A stretch of 64,000 nt of DNA from Octopus sinensis (GCF_006345805.1 NC_043006.1:1-64000), one strand, 5' to 3'; positions 1-11,936 are shown, counted from the first letter of the stretch. Made by a program: numbers and translations. Notes: generated by a model from the letters alone, not told the origin.

Positions 1-219
1 TTGGAAGGAAGACTGGCGAAGCTGGTCTCGGTAGGATTTGAACTCAGAACATAAAGAGCCAGAACAATTAAAGACAATTATAGCAAGTCATTTTGTCCGA
101 CGCACAATCAATTCTGCCTCTTCACCACCCTTAGATTATTGCATAGACACAACGCCATACAGATGTTGAAGGAAGGCGGGGGGGGGACAATCGATTAAAT
201 CGACTCAAGTACTGGACTG

Positions 220-525
220 TGGATGCACATGGCCTAGTGGTTAGAACAGCGGACTCGCGGTCGAGGGATCGCGGGTTCGAATCTCAGACCGGACGATGTG
301 TGTGTTTATGAGCGAAACACCTAAGCTCCACGCGGCTCCGGCGGAAGGTAATGGCGAACTTCTGCTGACTCTTTCACCACAACTTTCTCTCACTCTTTCC
401 TCTTGCATCTTGCAGCTCACCTGCGACGGACCGGTGTCCCGCCCAGGTGGGGAACCTATACGCCAAAGAAACCGGGAAACCGGCCCTTATGAGCCAGGCA
501 TGGCTCGAGAAGGAACAAACAACAA
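220..525 (+). mobile_element. tRNA-derived SINE (family A) inserted into an older SINE remnant
   Basis: Pol III A box (TGGCCTAGTGG), B box (GGTTCGAATC) and an (AAC)-rich tail. 13-bp TSD AAGTACTGGACTG at 207-219 and 526-538. Closely similar copy at 37293-37597. Confidence 0.9.
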
Positions 526-704
526 AAGTACTGGACTGGTACTTTATTTAATCGACTCCACAAAGTTACCACAAAGTAATGTGCATTCTGTACCAAATCA
601 AGGACTTCAAGAGTACGAAAAGCTCACACTACGTTCATTTTCTTCAGACTCACTTGTAAAGCTGCATCTTGTGCCGGTGTGTAGATATCCACCTTTGCAA
701 CTTA

Positions 705-862
705 TGCATGCGTGGCCGTGTGGTATGAAGTTTACTTCCCGACCACATAGTTCTGGGTTCAATCCACTGCGTAGAACTTTGGGCAAGTGTCTTCTGCTTT
801 AGCCTCTTGTCGACCAAAACTTTGTGGGTGGATTTGGTAGACCGAAACTGAAAGAAGCCCGT
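705..862 (+). mobile_element. 5' half of bipartite tRNA/CORE-like SINE (family B); 3' half at 3897-4165
   Basis: tRNA-like head, TTGGGCAAGTGTCTT core and GGATTTGGTAGAC..AAACTGAAAGAAGCCCG, as in the intact copies at 10272 and 21988. Confidence 0.85.
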
Positions 863-1014
863 TCGAATATATATTATATATATATATATATAGATAATTA
901 TATATATATATATATAATATATATATATATATTATATATATATTATATATATTATATACATATATATATATATAATATATGTGCAGTGTGTGTATATATG
1001 TATGTAGGTAGGTA

Positions 1015-1994
1015 TTGGGTTGGACAAAAATAATGGAAACACCTATTATCATAACATCATAATTTTGAAATATCTATAAAACCGTCAAGAGCTTGTTTAT
1101 TTTTATGTTTTTTTTTATTTATTATTAGTGTTATTTAATATGTTTTGCTAACATTGCTGTTTCTTTTCAGATATCACAAAAAAAAGGTAATTAAAAATCA
1201 TTAAAATGACAGATCTATCGGACTTTCAAAGAGGTCAAATTGTTGGCGCCAGCGTAACGAAAACAGCCGAAGTGTTTGGTGTATCAAGAACTACTGTCTC
1301 GAAAGTAATGACAGCCTTTGAGAAAGAGGGAAAAACCTCCTCATCGAAACAAAACTCCGGAAGAAAACCAAAACTTTCAGATAGGGACTGTCAAACTCTT
1401 ACGTAAATTGTGAGAAAGGATCACAAAAGTACAGCTCCGAAAATTACTGCAGAGCTTAATGACCACCTCGAGAAACCAGTTTCCATAAAAACTGCTCGCC
1501 GGGAGCTGCACAAAACCGGATTTCACGGGAGGGCTGCAATCGGAAAACCACTACTTCCAATAGTCAAGACTGTTTAAGTATTTTATCTGGTCAAATTCAT
1601 ACTATGGTTGCGGAACTGTTTCCGCAATCTTTCGGGATGATAATGTACCAATTCACAGAGCTAAAGTTGTTACTGGATAGCACGAGGAACATTCTAGTGA
1701 AGTTGAGCAGCGTATCTGACCAACGCAGTCCCCAGAATCAATATTATCGAACATTTATGGTGCATTTTAGAAAAACAAGTAAGGAGTCAATATCTTCCAG
1801 CATCAATACTACAAGAACTGGGGACAGTTTTAGCTGAAGAAAGGACAAAAATTCCTTTGGAAACAATTCAAACTTTGTACGAGTCCATAGCTTGTAGAAT
1901 TCAAGCTGTAATTACTACCAAAGGTGGTCCTGCTCCATATTAAAATAAATTTGTTTGAAATTTAAGGTGCTTTCATTATTTTGTCCAACCCCTG
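1015..1994 (+). mobile_element. Internally deleted Tc1-like transposon
   Basis: TIRs GGGTTGGACAAAAATAATGGAAACACCT / AGGTGCTTTCATTATTTTGTCCAACCCCTG followed by TA. HTH ORF 1206-1406 (MTDLSDFQRGQIVGA...GRKPKLSDRD). Catalytic domain mostly deleted. Confidence 0.85.
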
Positions 1995-2028
<34 letters not shown>

Positions 2029-3642
2029 CAATGGCGGCCAAAATGTTCAGAATGGCATTGTTTTCGTCAGAAAAGTAGATATATTTTTTTATCAAAGTTG
2101 TTTTATATTCTGTAATTTTCACAGACAATAAATACAATATTATTTGTTATTGCCTGAGATTTTGGTGTAATTTGAGAGAATAATAAAAAAGTTATCAATG
2201 ATTTAGTGATTTACTGCAAAACCCACGGCGGCCAAAATGATCAGAACGGTTGCTTTTACTCCGTGTTTTAGTATATTTAACCGGCGAACTCTAATGTTTT
2301 GAATTTGTTTACGTGACGGTTCGTTTACTAAAACATTATAAGAATATTGCAGTGTACTTTGTTAATATAATGCCACTTACTCCTCTCCGTTACCAATTCG
2401 TCAGCAGATTATTAAGCTTCGAAGGAAGGATAATTTAAGTATTGTTAACAAGTCAAAAAGTGTTGTACACGGTATTCTTAAGGTCTACGATGATTGTGGT
2501 TCGTGTGAAGCAAGAAAGTTTACAGGTAGGCCAAGAAAAATGACCAAGAGAAAAGATCGTGCTCTGGTAAAGTTGGTTAAAAAGGACAGATTTAAAACTG
2601 CTGCTGCTGTTTCTCGGAAAATGAGCATTGTATTGAAGAAAACTTTATCTCGAAAAACTGTGTCTCGTCGTTTAGTTGAACATGATCTACAAGCAAGAGC
2701 ACCTGCAGTGAAGTCACTGATCAGCTCCAAGAATAAAAAGTGTCGTCTTACTTTTGCAACTGAACATATGTTTTGGTCTCACGAAAAATGGCAAACGGTG
2801 CATTTCAGTGATGAATCTAAGTTTATGTTATTTGGCTCAGATGGGAAAAGGTACGTTCGTAGAAAAGTAGGTGAAAAATTGTCGCCTAAATGCCTTAAGA
2901 CTAGTGTTAAATTCGGTGGAGGAAGTGTCATGGTTTGGGGGATGATATCTGGAGATGGTGTGGGCCCTTTGGTGCGATTACATGGAAAGGTAAATGCAGG
3001 AGTTTATAAACAACTTGTAAAAGATCATGTCTTGCCTGTGCTGAGAAATTCAACTAAGCGACCACCCATATTCATGCAGGACAATGCCCCATGTCACAAG
3101 GCTAAGGTGGTCATGAACTTCCTCAAGGCTGAAAAGGTTATTGTTATGGATTGGCCTGCTCAAAGCCCAGATCTCAATCCAATTGAAAATGTGTGAAATA
3201 TTCTAGGAGAACGTTCGAAAGCCAGAAATCCTAAAACAACTGAGCAATTATGGAATGCCCTTCAGGAAGAATGGAATAAGATCACCCAGCAAGAAATTGA
3301 AAATTTAATTTCCTCATGCAGTCGAATATGTCAGAGTGTGATTAAAGCTAAAGGGCTTCACACTAAATATTAAATAATTCCAGTATTCTCTGTCATTTTT
3401 TATTATTTTGTTATTTTTCAACCGTTCTGATCATTTTGGCCGCCATGGGTTTTGCAGTAAATCACTAAATCAGCCATAACTTTTGTATTATCCTCTCAAA
3501 TTACACCAAAATCTCAGACAATCACAAATAATATCGTATTTATTGTCTGTAAAAATTATAGAATATAAAACTACTTTGATAAAAAATTATATCTACTTTT
3601 CTGACGAAAACAATGCCGTTCTGAACATTTTGGCCGCAACTG
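2029..3642 (+). mobile_element. Tc1 DD34E transposon with ~225-bp IR/DR-type TIRs (copy 1)
   Basis: TA-flanked. Termini CAATGGCGGCCAAAATG...CATTTTGGCCGCAACTG. Inner repeats of the terminal motif at ~2226-2252 and ~3419-3446. Confidence 0.95.
2370..3373 (+). pseudogene. Tc1 transposase pseudogene (DD34E)
   Basis: GRPRK, FSDESKF, GGGSVMVWG and QDNAPCH...SPDLNPIE motifs, with 34 residues between D and E. N-terminal indels and a TGA at 3194-3196 in place of the conserved W. The frame continues to GLHTKY* at 3373. Confidence 0.95.
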
Positions 3643-3663
3643 TATATATATATATATATATAT

Positions 3664-3897
3664 AGGGGATCTTTTTTAAATTGCTTTTTAAAAACAAGCT
3701 ATAACGTATTTTATCAGGATATTACTTACCTTTGTGGGAAGAAGTTTTTTTGTTCTAGTGTTCGAGCGCTTTCGATTAGGTCAGGTCAGTAATAGCCTGA
3801 TAAAAAACTTTATAGCATTTTCTAAAAAAATAATTTAAGAAAAAATATCCCCTTTATACTTAAAAGCTGTATTAAGTAATTTTCACAAAGACTTTCA
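3664..3897. repeat. Degenerate foldback element next to (TA)n (Penelope-like end)
   Basis: Arms ~3664-3726 and ~3788-3856 are imperfect reverse complements. The loop carries CGAAAGCGCTC on the minus strand. Confidence 0.6.
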
Positions 3898-4165
3898 AAT
3901 ATGTGTTTGTGTCTCTGTGTGTTGTGAGTGTGTATACATATGTGTGTGTATCTCTATGTCTGTGTTTGTCTCCTGCCAGCACTTGACAATCGAAGTTGGT
4001 GTGTTTACGTCCCCGTAACTTAGCGGTTCGGCCAAGAGACCGATAGAATAAGTACTAGGCTTACAAAATGTAATACTGTCGATTTGTTCGACCAAATCTA
4101 TTTAAGAAAGTGCTCCAGCATGGCTGCAATCAAATGACTGAGACAAGTAAAAGAGTAAAAGAGAA
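3897..4165 (+). mobile_element. 3' half of family B SINE
   Basis: GTGTGTTTACGTCCCCGTAACTTAGCGGTTCGG...GTGCTCCAGCATGG...AGTAAAAGAG tail. Confidence 0.85.
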
Positions 4166-5152
4166 ATGCGTGTATACCATACTTGTCAGTCATTCCGGCC
4201 ACTCACCAATGGCATCGGTCACTCCAGCAAGTAATTCTGGATCATTCGGCTTTCTGTATTTCTTCATTTATATTGATCCTCGTCAATTACTGCTTAGGCA
4301 TCAAAATAAAGCAAGTTTTATGTAGCGACCGCATTTCAGGTGATATCTCAGTGCTTCACTGTTTTACACCAAGTGTAATCTGAACCAACAGGAAACCAGG
4401 AATCTGTCAGCGACTTTAGGTGTTTATACAGAATTCAAAACGTTTTCTCTCTCTTCTTGTTTTTACTCGGTAACAACCGTGCACCAGTGTTTTCGCTTTT
4501 GGTTTCTTAATTAACTGTTATCTACTCGTTATCTCTTTGTTTGTCTCAAAACTCGGAATGATAGTCTGAGCGATAAATCATTTATTGATTGTTATGTCTA
4601 CCAGTTTTAAAATAAAACGTAAATTATTTTTTCCCTTATGACTTTTATTGACTTATATACATTAACTTATAAACAAGAAAATATGCATGAATACTTTTAA
4701 AACACACATTTCGCAGTAAATTATGTATAGACTCTCATAACACATTATGCTTACCTAATTCTTCATGAATATCACTTCACCAAGATGGTTATATTGGACT
4801 GCTGTCTTTTCAATGTTATATATTAACCTGCACACAATTAACCACGTACTTTTAAATAGCTTTGAATTATCGTACGAACAAGGTGGGAAGAGGTCTAATT
4901 TTGGTTGATATTCTGAAAAGAAAAGAAACTATATGTAATGGAATTCTTGGTTTATTTCTGAATTTCTTTCATGTTCATATATATGTAAGTATGTGCGTTA
5001 TATCATCTATTTCAAGCATATGATAAAAGTTCATCCACTCTCACTGACATGTATTTATAATATAATATAATATACATATATATACATACATATAATTATA
5101 TATATATATATTAATATATATATATATAATATCTTATATATATATATATATC

Positions 5153-5521
5153 TATATATTAATAAAGGAATAAGAAATGCTGACAAAATAATTTAAGTAA
5201 TTTAGTAATTTAATTAGGTGAAAGTTCTTTTTACCGGTTGCGCATTTGTTATGCTTATCAAAGAAATTTTTTAAAGAGAGATTAGAGTTCCTTTTTGATA
5301 GATTGTTTCCTCTTATCTGGAAAAGATAAGAGGAAAAAGATCTATCAAAAAGGAACTCTAATCTCTCTTTAAAAAATATCTTTTGATAAGCATAACAAAT
5401 GCGCAACCGGTAAAAAGAACTTTCACCTAATTAAATTACTTAAATTACTTAAATTATTTTGTCAGCATTTTCTTCTTTTCCTTTTTTATATATCACAACT
5501 CGTGTTCCACATCTTTTTTCA
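5153..5521. repeat. Foldback element (~165-bp arms, 5-nt loop) in (TA)n with hammerhead-like motif
   Basis: Arms 5153-5318 and 5324-~5492, loop GGAAA, ~30-nt one-sided extension. TTGATAA-GCAT-AACAA-ATGC-GCAA-CCGG-TA at 5383-5412. Confidence 0.85.
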
Positions 5522-5576
5522 ATATATATATATATGTATGTATATATATATATATATGTATATATATACATATATA

Positions 5577-7111
5577 CACCCACGGGTTATCAAAGCGTTG
5601 GCTCCGGTCATCTGCGAGCCCTTAACACGACTATTCAATATGTCATTGGCGACGGGTGTTATACCTGCAGACTGGAGAACAGCGATAATCTGCCCAATTT
5701 TCAAGAAAGGGAGCCGCGAAGACCCGCTTAACTACCGACCGGTTTCCCTTACATCAATAATCAGCAAGATGTTCGAAACCATCCTTAAGAAAAGTATGAT
5801 GCTCCACCTCCTAAACACAGCCTCGATCACTGATTCCCAACACGGCTTCGTGCCGAAGAGATCATGCTTGACCAACTTACTAGTAATGGAAGAATTGGTG
5901 ACGCGCGCATCCTCGATGATAGTGATGCTGTTGACATCGTTTTATTGGACTTTGCCAAAGCTTTTGACTCGGTAAACCACCGCCTACTACTTGTCAAGCT
6001 TCAAGCATATAGTTTCCATCCGGATATTGTATGATGGGTTGGTGCCTTCCTCTCAGATCGCTCCTTCCAAGTTCAAGTTAATGGTTCGCGGTCCGACGTC
6101 TCCAGTGCGAGCAGTGGCGTGCCTCAAGGTTCAGTGCTTGGGCCCTTGTTGTTCTTAGTCTTCATAAATGACTTGCCCGACGACCTCACGCAACACACCC
6201 TTCTATTTGCCGACGATATCAAACTGGTCGCTCCTCGCGGTAGTATAGAGGATCTTCGTCGATGCCTCCACCAAATTTGGAAGTGGTCTAACGATTGGAC
6301 CTGTGTCTGAACGTGTCAAAGTGCTGTCATCTGCCTGTCGGCTCTACTCCTGCAACTCAACTTGATTTCGAGCCGGGTCGTCTGCTGCTGGAGAGGACCG
6401 ATCAGGTAAAGGACCTGGGTATCTTGGTGGATTCCTCCTTTTCGCCTTCGGTCCAGTGCGTCCATGCTGCCAACAAAGCGCCCGGAATTCTGTTTTTGAT
6501 TCGACGGTCATTCGGAATGCTCACAGCAGCCATATTCCTACCACTCTATGTCACGCTGGTGAGACCCATATTGGAGTATGGGATTCAAGCCTCTTCTCCT
6601 TATCTCCTCAAAGACATACAGCATCACGAAAGAGTCCAGAGGCTGGCTACCCGCAAGGTTCATGGTCTCAAAAATTTGTCCTACGAAGAAAGGCTGAGGA
6701 CGCTCGACCTTTATTCTCTTGAAAAACGCCGCCGCCGTGGTGATCTCATTCTCGCCCACAACATCATAAGCGGGAAGTGTACCTCTCGAAAGAGCTGTTC
6801 TTCACTCCTGCTCCGGAGCGTCGGCTGCGGGGTCATTCCGAAAAGCTCTACCTGCGACGATTTCATCTCAATCGAAGGAGAGGAGCTTTCTCCGTCCGGG
6901 TTGCGGATCCGTGGAACAAGCTGCCAGACGAGATGGTGAAGATGCCGACGACCGCTTTGTTCAAAGCCTCCCTGGACCTCAAGTGGCCTGAACTCTTTAC
7001 ATGAACACACACCCTGTACTTAACTCCATGTCCCCCTACATGGCCTTGCTATTTGCTTTTGAGCCAAATTAACTAACTAACTACTAACTAACTAACTAAC
7101 TACTAACTAAC
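5577..7111 (+). mobile_element. 5'-truncated CR1/L2-group LINE (RT pseudogene) with (AACT)n tail
   Basis: NYRPVSLTS, QHGF..RSCLTNLL, DFAKAFD, GVPQGSVLGPLLF, FADD, VRPILEY and RRRRGDLI motifs across frameshifts. (AACT)n tail at 7069-7111. Confidence 0.92.
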
Positions 7112-7118
7112 ATATATG

Positions 7119-7150
<32 letters not shown>

Positions 7151-7198
7151 ATATATATAATATATATATGTATATATATATATATATAATATATATAT

Positions 7199-7237
<39 letters not shown>

Positions 7238-7251
7238 TATATATATATATA

Positions 7252-7284
<33 letters not shown>

Positions 7285-7288
<4 letters not shown>

Positions 7289-7830
7289 ATAATAAATATA
7301 GGGAATAAATCCAAATTTACAGGGAAAAAATCAGATTTAGGATTAAATCGATTTTATAGTAAAATATTATAAAATATTATTCGAGACAAACCACTATTTT
7401 GCAAAACAAACAAGGAAAGACATAATCAATACATAAATTTTAATAAATAGTCAATAAATAGTTAATAAAGAGTTCAGGCCACTTGAGGTCCAGGGAGGCT
7501 TTGAACAAAGCGGTCGTCGGCATCTTCACCATCTCGTCTGGCAGCTTGTTCCACGGATCCGCAACCCGGACGGAGAAAGCTCCTCTCCTTCGATTGAGAT
7601 GAAATCGTCGCAGGTAGAGCTTTTCGGAATGACCCCGCAGCCGACGCTCCGGAGCAGGAGTGAAGAACAGCTCTTTCGAGAGGTTACACTTCCCGCTTAT
7701 GATGTTGTGGGCGAGAATGAGATCACCACGGCGGCGGCGTTTTTCAAGAGAATTGACTATTTATTAAAATTTATGTATTGATTAAGTCTTTCCTTGTTTG
7801 TTTTGCAAAATAGTGGTTTTGTCTCGAATA

Positions 7831-7840
<10 letters not shown>
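7285..7840. repeat. Foldback element whose loop is an inverted copy of the adjacent LINE 3' region
   Basis: Arms ~7368-7455 and ~7752-7840. Loop 7466-7753 is the reverse complement of 6713-6999. Flanked by (TA)n on both sides. Confidence 0.9.
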
Positions 7841-7914
<74 letters not shown>

Positions 7915-7971
7915 CATACATACATACAACATACATACATACATACATACACATACATACATACATACATA

Positions 7972-9241
7972 TGTTCCCGCCGTTTTTTTTTTAGATTTTA
8001 GAATGTATTGCATTTTTAAATTTTGGAATCTATTTTGTTTCGAGATCCCTATTTTTGAATCATTTTGTAATCTTTTTGTTTTTTCTAGTTAATTTTTGTT
8101 TATTTTCAGATCATTAAAATGGAATATTAAGTTAAGAATAACGAGCATTTTCGACACCTCCTTTTTGCTTTTAATCAAGGTTCTAAAACCGCAAAAGCTG
8201 CTCGGGACATTTATGCTGTGGATGGAGAGGGTGCCATAGCTGAAAGAACCGCTCGTGATTGGTATGGCAAGTTCAAAAATGGAAATTTTGACCTCAAAGT
8301 CGCACCTCGTTCTTGCCGTCCAGTTGAGTTCAATGAAGAGCGATTAAACCAACTTTTGCACGAAAATTCTTGTCAAGCGACAAGGGAACTGACAGGGAAA
8401 ATGGAGTGTTCTCACACTGCTATAGAGAAGCATCTTCACTCGATGGGAAAGGTTCAGAAGTATGGAGCATGGGTTCCTCATGCTTTAAGTGACAACAACA
8501 AAAATCAATGAGCCACAATCTCTGCTGGTTTGCTTGCTCGTCACCGCTCAACTCATGGACACAAGCAACGATTTCTTTACCGAATCGTTACTGGCGACGA
8601 AGAATGGTGCCTGTACATCAATATGAAGCAGTGTAAGGAATGGCTTAGCCCCAGTAAACAAGCGACACCGCGCGTGAAACAAGATCTTCATCCGCGTAAA
8701 ACGATGTTGTGCGTATGGTGGGACTGGGAAGGAATTATCTATTACGAATTTCTTGAACGGAACCAAACGGTCAACGCGGAACTCTATGTTCAACAGATGG
8801 AACTACTGAACACGGCTATTCAAGAGAAAAGACCTAATCGGTAGCATAGAGTTCTTCTGCTGCACGACAACGCCTGCCCTTATTTCGCCAATATGACCAT
8901 AGAAGCCATTCAAACGCATGGCTGGGAAGTGCTGCCACACCCGCCGTACACTCCTGATTTGGCACCAACGGATTTCCACTTCTTTCGATCTCTTTCAAAT
9001 GCTATACGCGGAGTTTCGTTCAATACTGATGCAGAATTGAGAGCTTGGTTGGATCAATTTTTCGAGTTGAAATCGGGTGATTTCTACCAACAAGGTATTG
9101 AAAATCTTGTTGAATGTTGGGAAGAAGTTGTAAACAACAAGGGTGAATACGTTATCGATTAATTATTTGTTATTTTTTATTAAACCTTTTAAAAAATTTA
9201 AATTTAATAAAAAAACAGCGGGAACTTAGTTACCAACCCAA
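7972..9241 (+). mobile_element. mariner transposon (left TIR truncated)
   Basis: Right TIR AAAACAGCGGGAACTTAGTTACCAACCCAA followed by TA. Left remnant GTTCCCGCCGTTTT abuts a microsatellite. Confidence 0.9.
8119..9162 (+). pseudogene. mariner transposase pseudogene (DD34D)
   Basis: WVPHAL, TGDEEW and HDNA...YTPDLAPTD motifs, 34 residues between D and D. One frame of 348 codons with three in-frame stops. Confidence 0.93.
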
Positions 9242-9628
9242 TAGTTACTAAATAGCAAGGGGAGATAATCTGAAGATTGAAGATTTCTCCAAAACTGACA
9301 TACCTTTAAGGAAAAGGACAGGTTTCTTGTCTGAAGATAAGAAGGTAGTTGTTAGGAATAACCTTCATCTGCACCGTAATTACTCGACCTTATCTCCAGT
9401 AGCCAAAGGACTTTGATTTATACCTAGATCATAACTGTTTCTCAGCAGGTAAGGCCCAGGTCATTTGCATAATTTAAACAAAAATGAACTAAAAAAAACT
9501 TGAATTGGCCAATGGTATGCATTTGAATAACATGGAAAAATACAGATATGTCAAATGCCATACAAGAAAACCCCTTGATTTATTAAAATTATTTTCGTCT
9601 CTAGCAGATGTATTGTTATTATCAAATG

Positions 9629-9721
<93 letters not shown>

Positions 9722-10164
9722 TGTATGTATGTATGTATGTATGTATGTATGTATGTATGTATGCATGTATGTATGTATGTATGTATGTATGCATGTTGTC
9801 CGTACGTATGTATATGCGTATGTATTGTACATGTGTATGTATGAATGTATATATGCCTATTTGCGTCCATGCCTGTGCGTGTTTAAACCCGTTGTTAAAA
9901 CCGGTGTTGTGTTTAAGTCGTATCCTTTTAACTCCTACAACTTAGCGGTTCGACAAACAGATTTCTATCATGTAAGTTTCGGGCTGAAATACGTATTGGC
10001 ATCGGCACGATCGACTAAACTGTCGAAACGCGGTGCCACAGCATGGCCGCACTTGAATGACTGAAACCTGTAAGATATAACAAGACTAAAATCAAAAGAT
10101 CAAATTATACAACGAACTGAAGCAAATTCGGTAAAAGAAATAGTAGAGCTTATGGCATCTTGTT

Positions 10165-10255
10165 AATCGCATAGTTCAGTCGGTAGAGCATCATCTTTTA
10201 AGAGTTATCCTCAAAAGTGATCTGAGGGTCGCGGGTTCATGTCCCTCTGCAGGCG
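10165..10255 (+). tRNA. tRNA-Lys(TTT) pseudogene with a 19-nt canonical-position intron
   Basis: TAGTTCAGTCGGTAGAGCATCA-CT-TTT-A-[10201-10219]-ATCTGAGGGTCGCGGGTTCATGTCCC matches eukaryotic tRNA-Lys(UUU). Acceptor and anticodon stems are damaged. Confidence 0.75.
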
Positions 10256-10271
10256 CATAGTTTGTTTAATA

Positions 10272-10672
10272 GGCATAGGAGTGCCTGTGTGGTAAGTAAC
10301 TTGCTTACCAACCACATGGTTCCGGGTTCATTCCCACTGCGTGGCACCCTGGGCAAGTGTCTTCTGCTATAGCCTCGGGCCGACCAAAGCCTTGTGAGTG
10401 GATTTGGTAGACGGAAACTGAAAGAAGCCAGTCGTATATATGTCTATGTATATATATATATGTGGGGGGGTCTGTGTTTGTCCTCCCCCCCCAACATCGC
10501 TTGACAACCAATGCTGGTATGTTTATGTCCCCGTAACTTAGCGGTTCGGCAAAAGAGACCGATAGAATATATACTAGGCTTACAAAGAATAATCCCTGGG
10601 GCCGATTTGCTCGACGAAAGGCGGTGCTCCAGCATGGCTGCAGTCAAATGACTTAAACAAGTAAAAGAGTAA
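10272..10672 (+). mobile_element. Family B SINE, full length
   Basis: tRNA head, CORE-like block, internal TA/TG linker, 3' half and GTAAAAGA tail. Confidence 0.88.
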
Positions 10673-11243
10673 ATTAAATAAATAAGTAAATAAAAGATTT
10701 GGATGCGCTCCCCCCGCCCCCACGCGCAAGCACATTTACGCGCGCACTAAACTAATCTGACAGAAAGTATATCATATGATGCAAATGCATCCCGGCTCAA
10801 GAATAGAGGAATATATCTCAGTAAGAAAAGAAAACAGGACTCACAATAAAAATATAGCCAATCACATAGTGACTCTCATAGATATATTTACGAAGACACC
10901 ATAATTAAAGGTCTTTTCCTAAATGACAAACCAACGACCCTGCACGGCGCCATGATTAACGTCATTTTCGAATTCATGATGTAAGACAATTGTAAACTGT
11001 GATTAATTGTTACAATTGATAGACACGTACCACGCCGTTTACTCCTCGCTGGTTGACCGATTTCTGACGCAGGCACAATGCCATAGAATTCGTGGGAGGA
11101 AACAGTCGGTTAAATAAACTCTTATTACTTTTAGTGAGTCCGAAAGGACGAAAGGCAAGGTCGGAAGTTTATTGAGATTTGAAGCCAGCCGTTTGCAAGA
11201 ATAACCACGAAAAGAAAAAAAGACATTTTCCGAAACTTTACAC

Positions 11244-11342
<99 letters not shown>

Positions 11343-11760
11343 GTTTTGTCTAGCGAATGTTTTAAAAAAAAGATGGGTAAATGTAGCAAGGATGGCACGT
11401 ATGAATGACGAAGCCACCTTGAGCATAATCCTATGAACCCGGAAATTTAAAACAGAGGGTTACCTACTTGCAAACAAATATGGTAACATGTAACAATATT
11501 GACCGAGGTTACTGTGGTCTTTTCCGTAGGCTTTTCTTCCCACGGATATCCTTATCTGCTTCCCCCTTTAAGCTTACATCATGACACTGTGATACACGAT
11601 CCCTATTGATCGTTTTTTTTCTTTTGTTTCTTTTCTTTTTTTTTTCTTCTTTCCCTTTTACGATCCCTTTTGATCGAAAACCTACTCCACCCACCCCCAA
11701 AAGCTCTACTTTGTAATTTGTTCTGTCTGTGTGCAGCCCTGTGTGGCTAATAAAGAAACA
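11343..11760 (+). mobile_element. 5'-truncated Tx1-like LINE 3' end inserted in (TATC)n
   Basis: Encodes VLSSECFKKRWVNVARMARM, similar to CLSECTFQKRWKYVARVL at the ORF2 end of the 14-19 kb element. T-rich UTR ending GCCCTGTGTGGCTAATAAAGAAA. (TATC)n on both sides (11244-11342 and 11761-11860). Confidence 0.75.
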
Positions 11761-11854
<94 letters not shown>

Positions 11855-11936
11855 CTATCTATACGTACGTACGTACATGCATATATACATACATACATAC
11901 TTACATACATACATATATACATACATACATACATAC

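Noticed and set aside
220-300. tRNA-like heads here and at 25755, 37293, 41200, 49856, 52485 and 53160
   Set aside because: They lack a closing acceptor stem and continue into shared SINE bodies, several with TSDs, so they are not tRNA genes.
296-802. 168-aa ORF
   Set aside because: It runs across two unrelated SINEs and spacer DNA and has no protein motifs.
8119-9162. SETMAR-like host gene
   Set aside because: There are three nonsense codons, a TIR and no SET domain, so it is an ordinary mariner relic.
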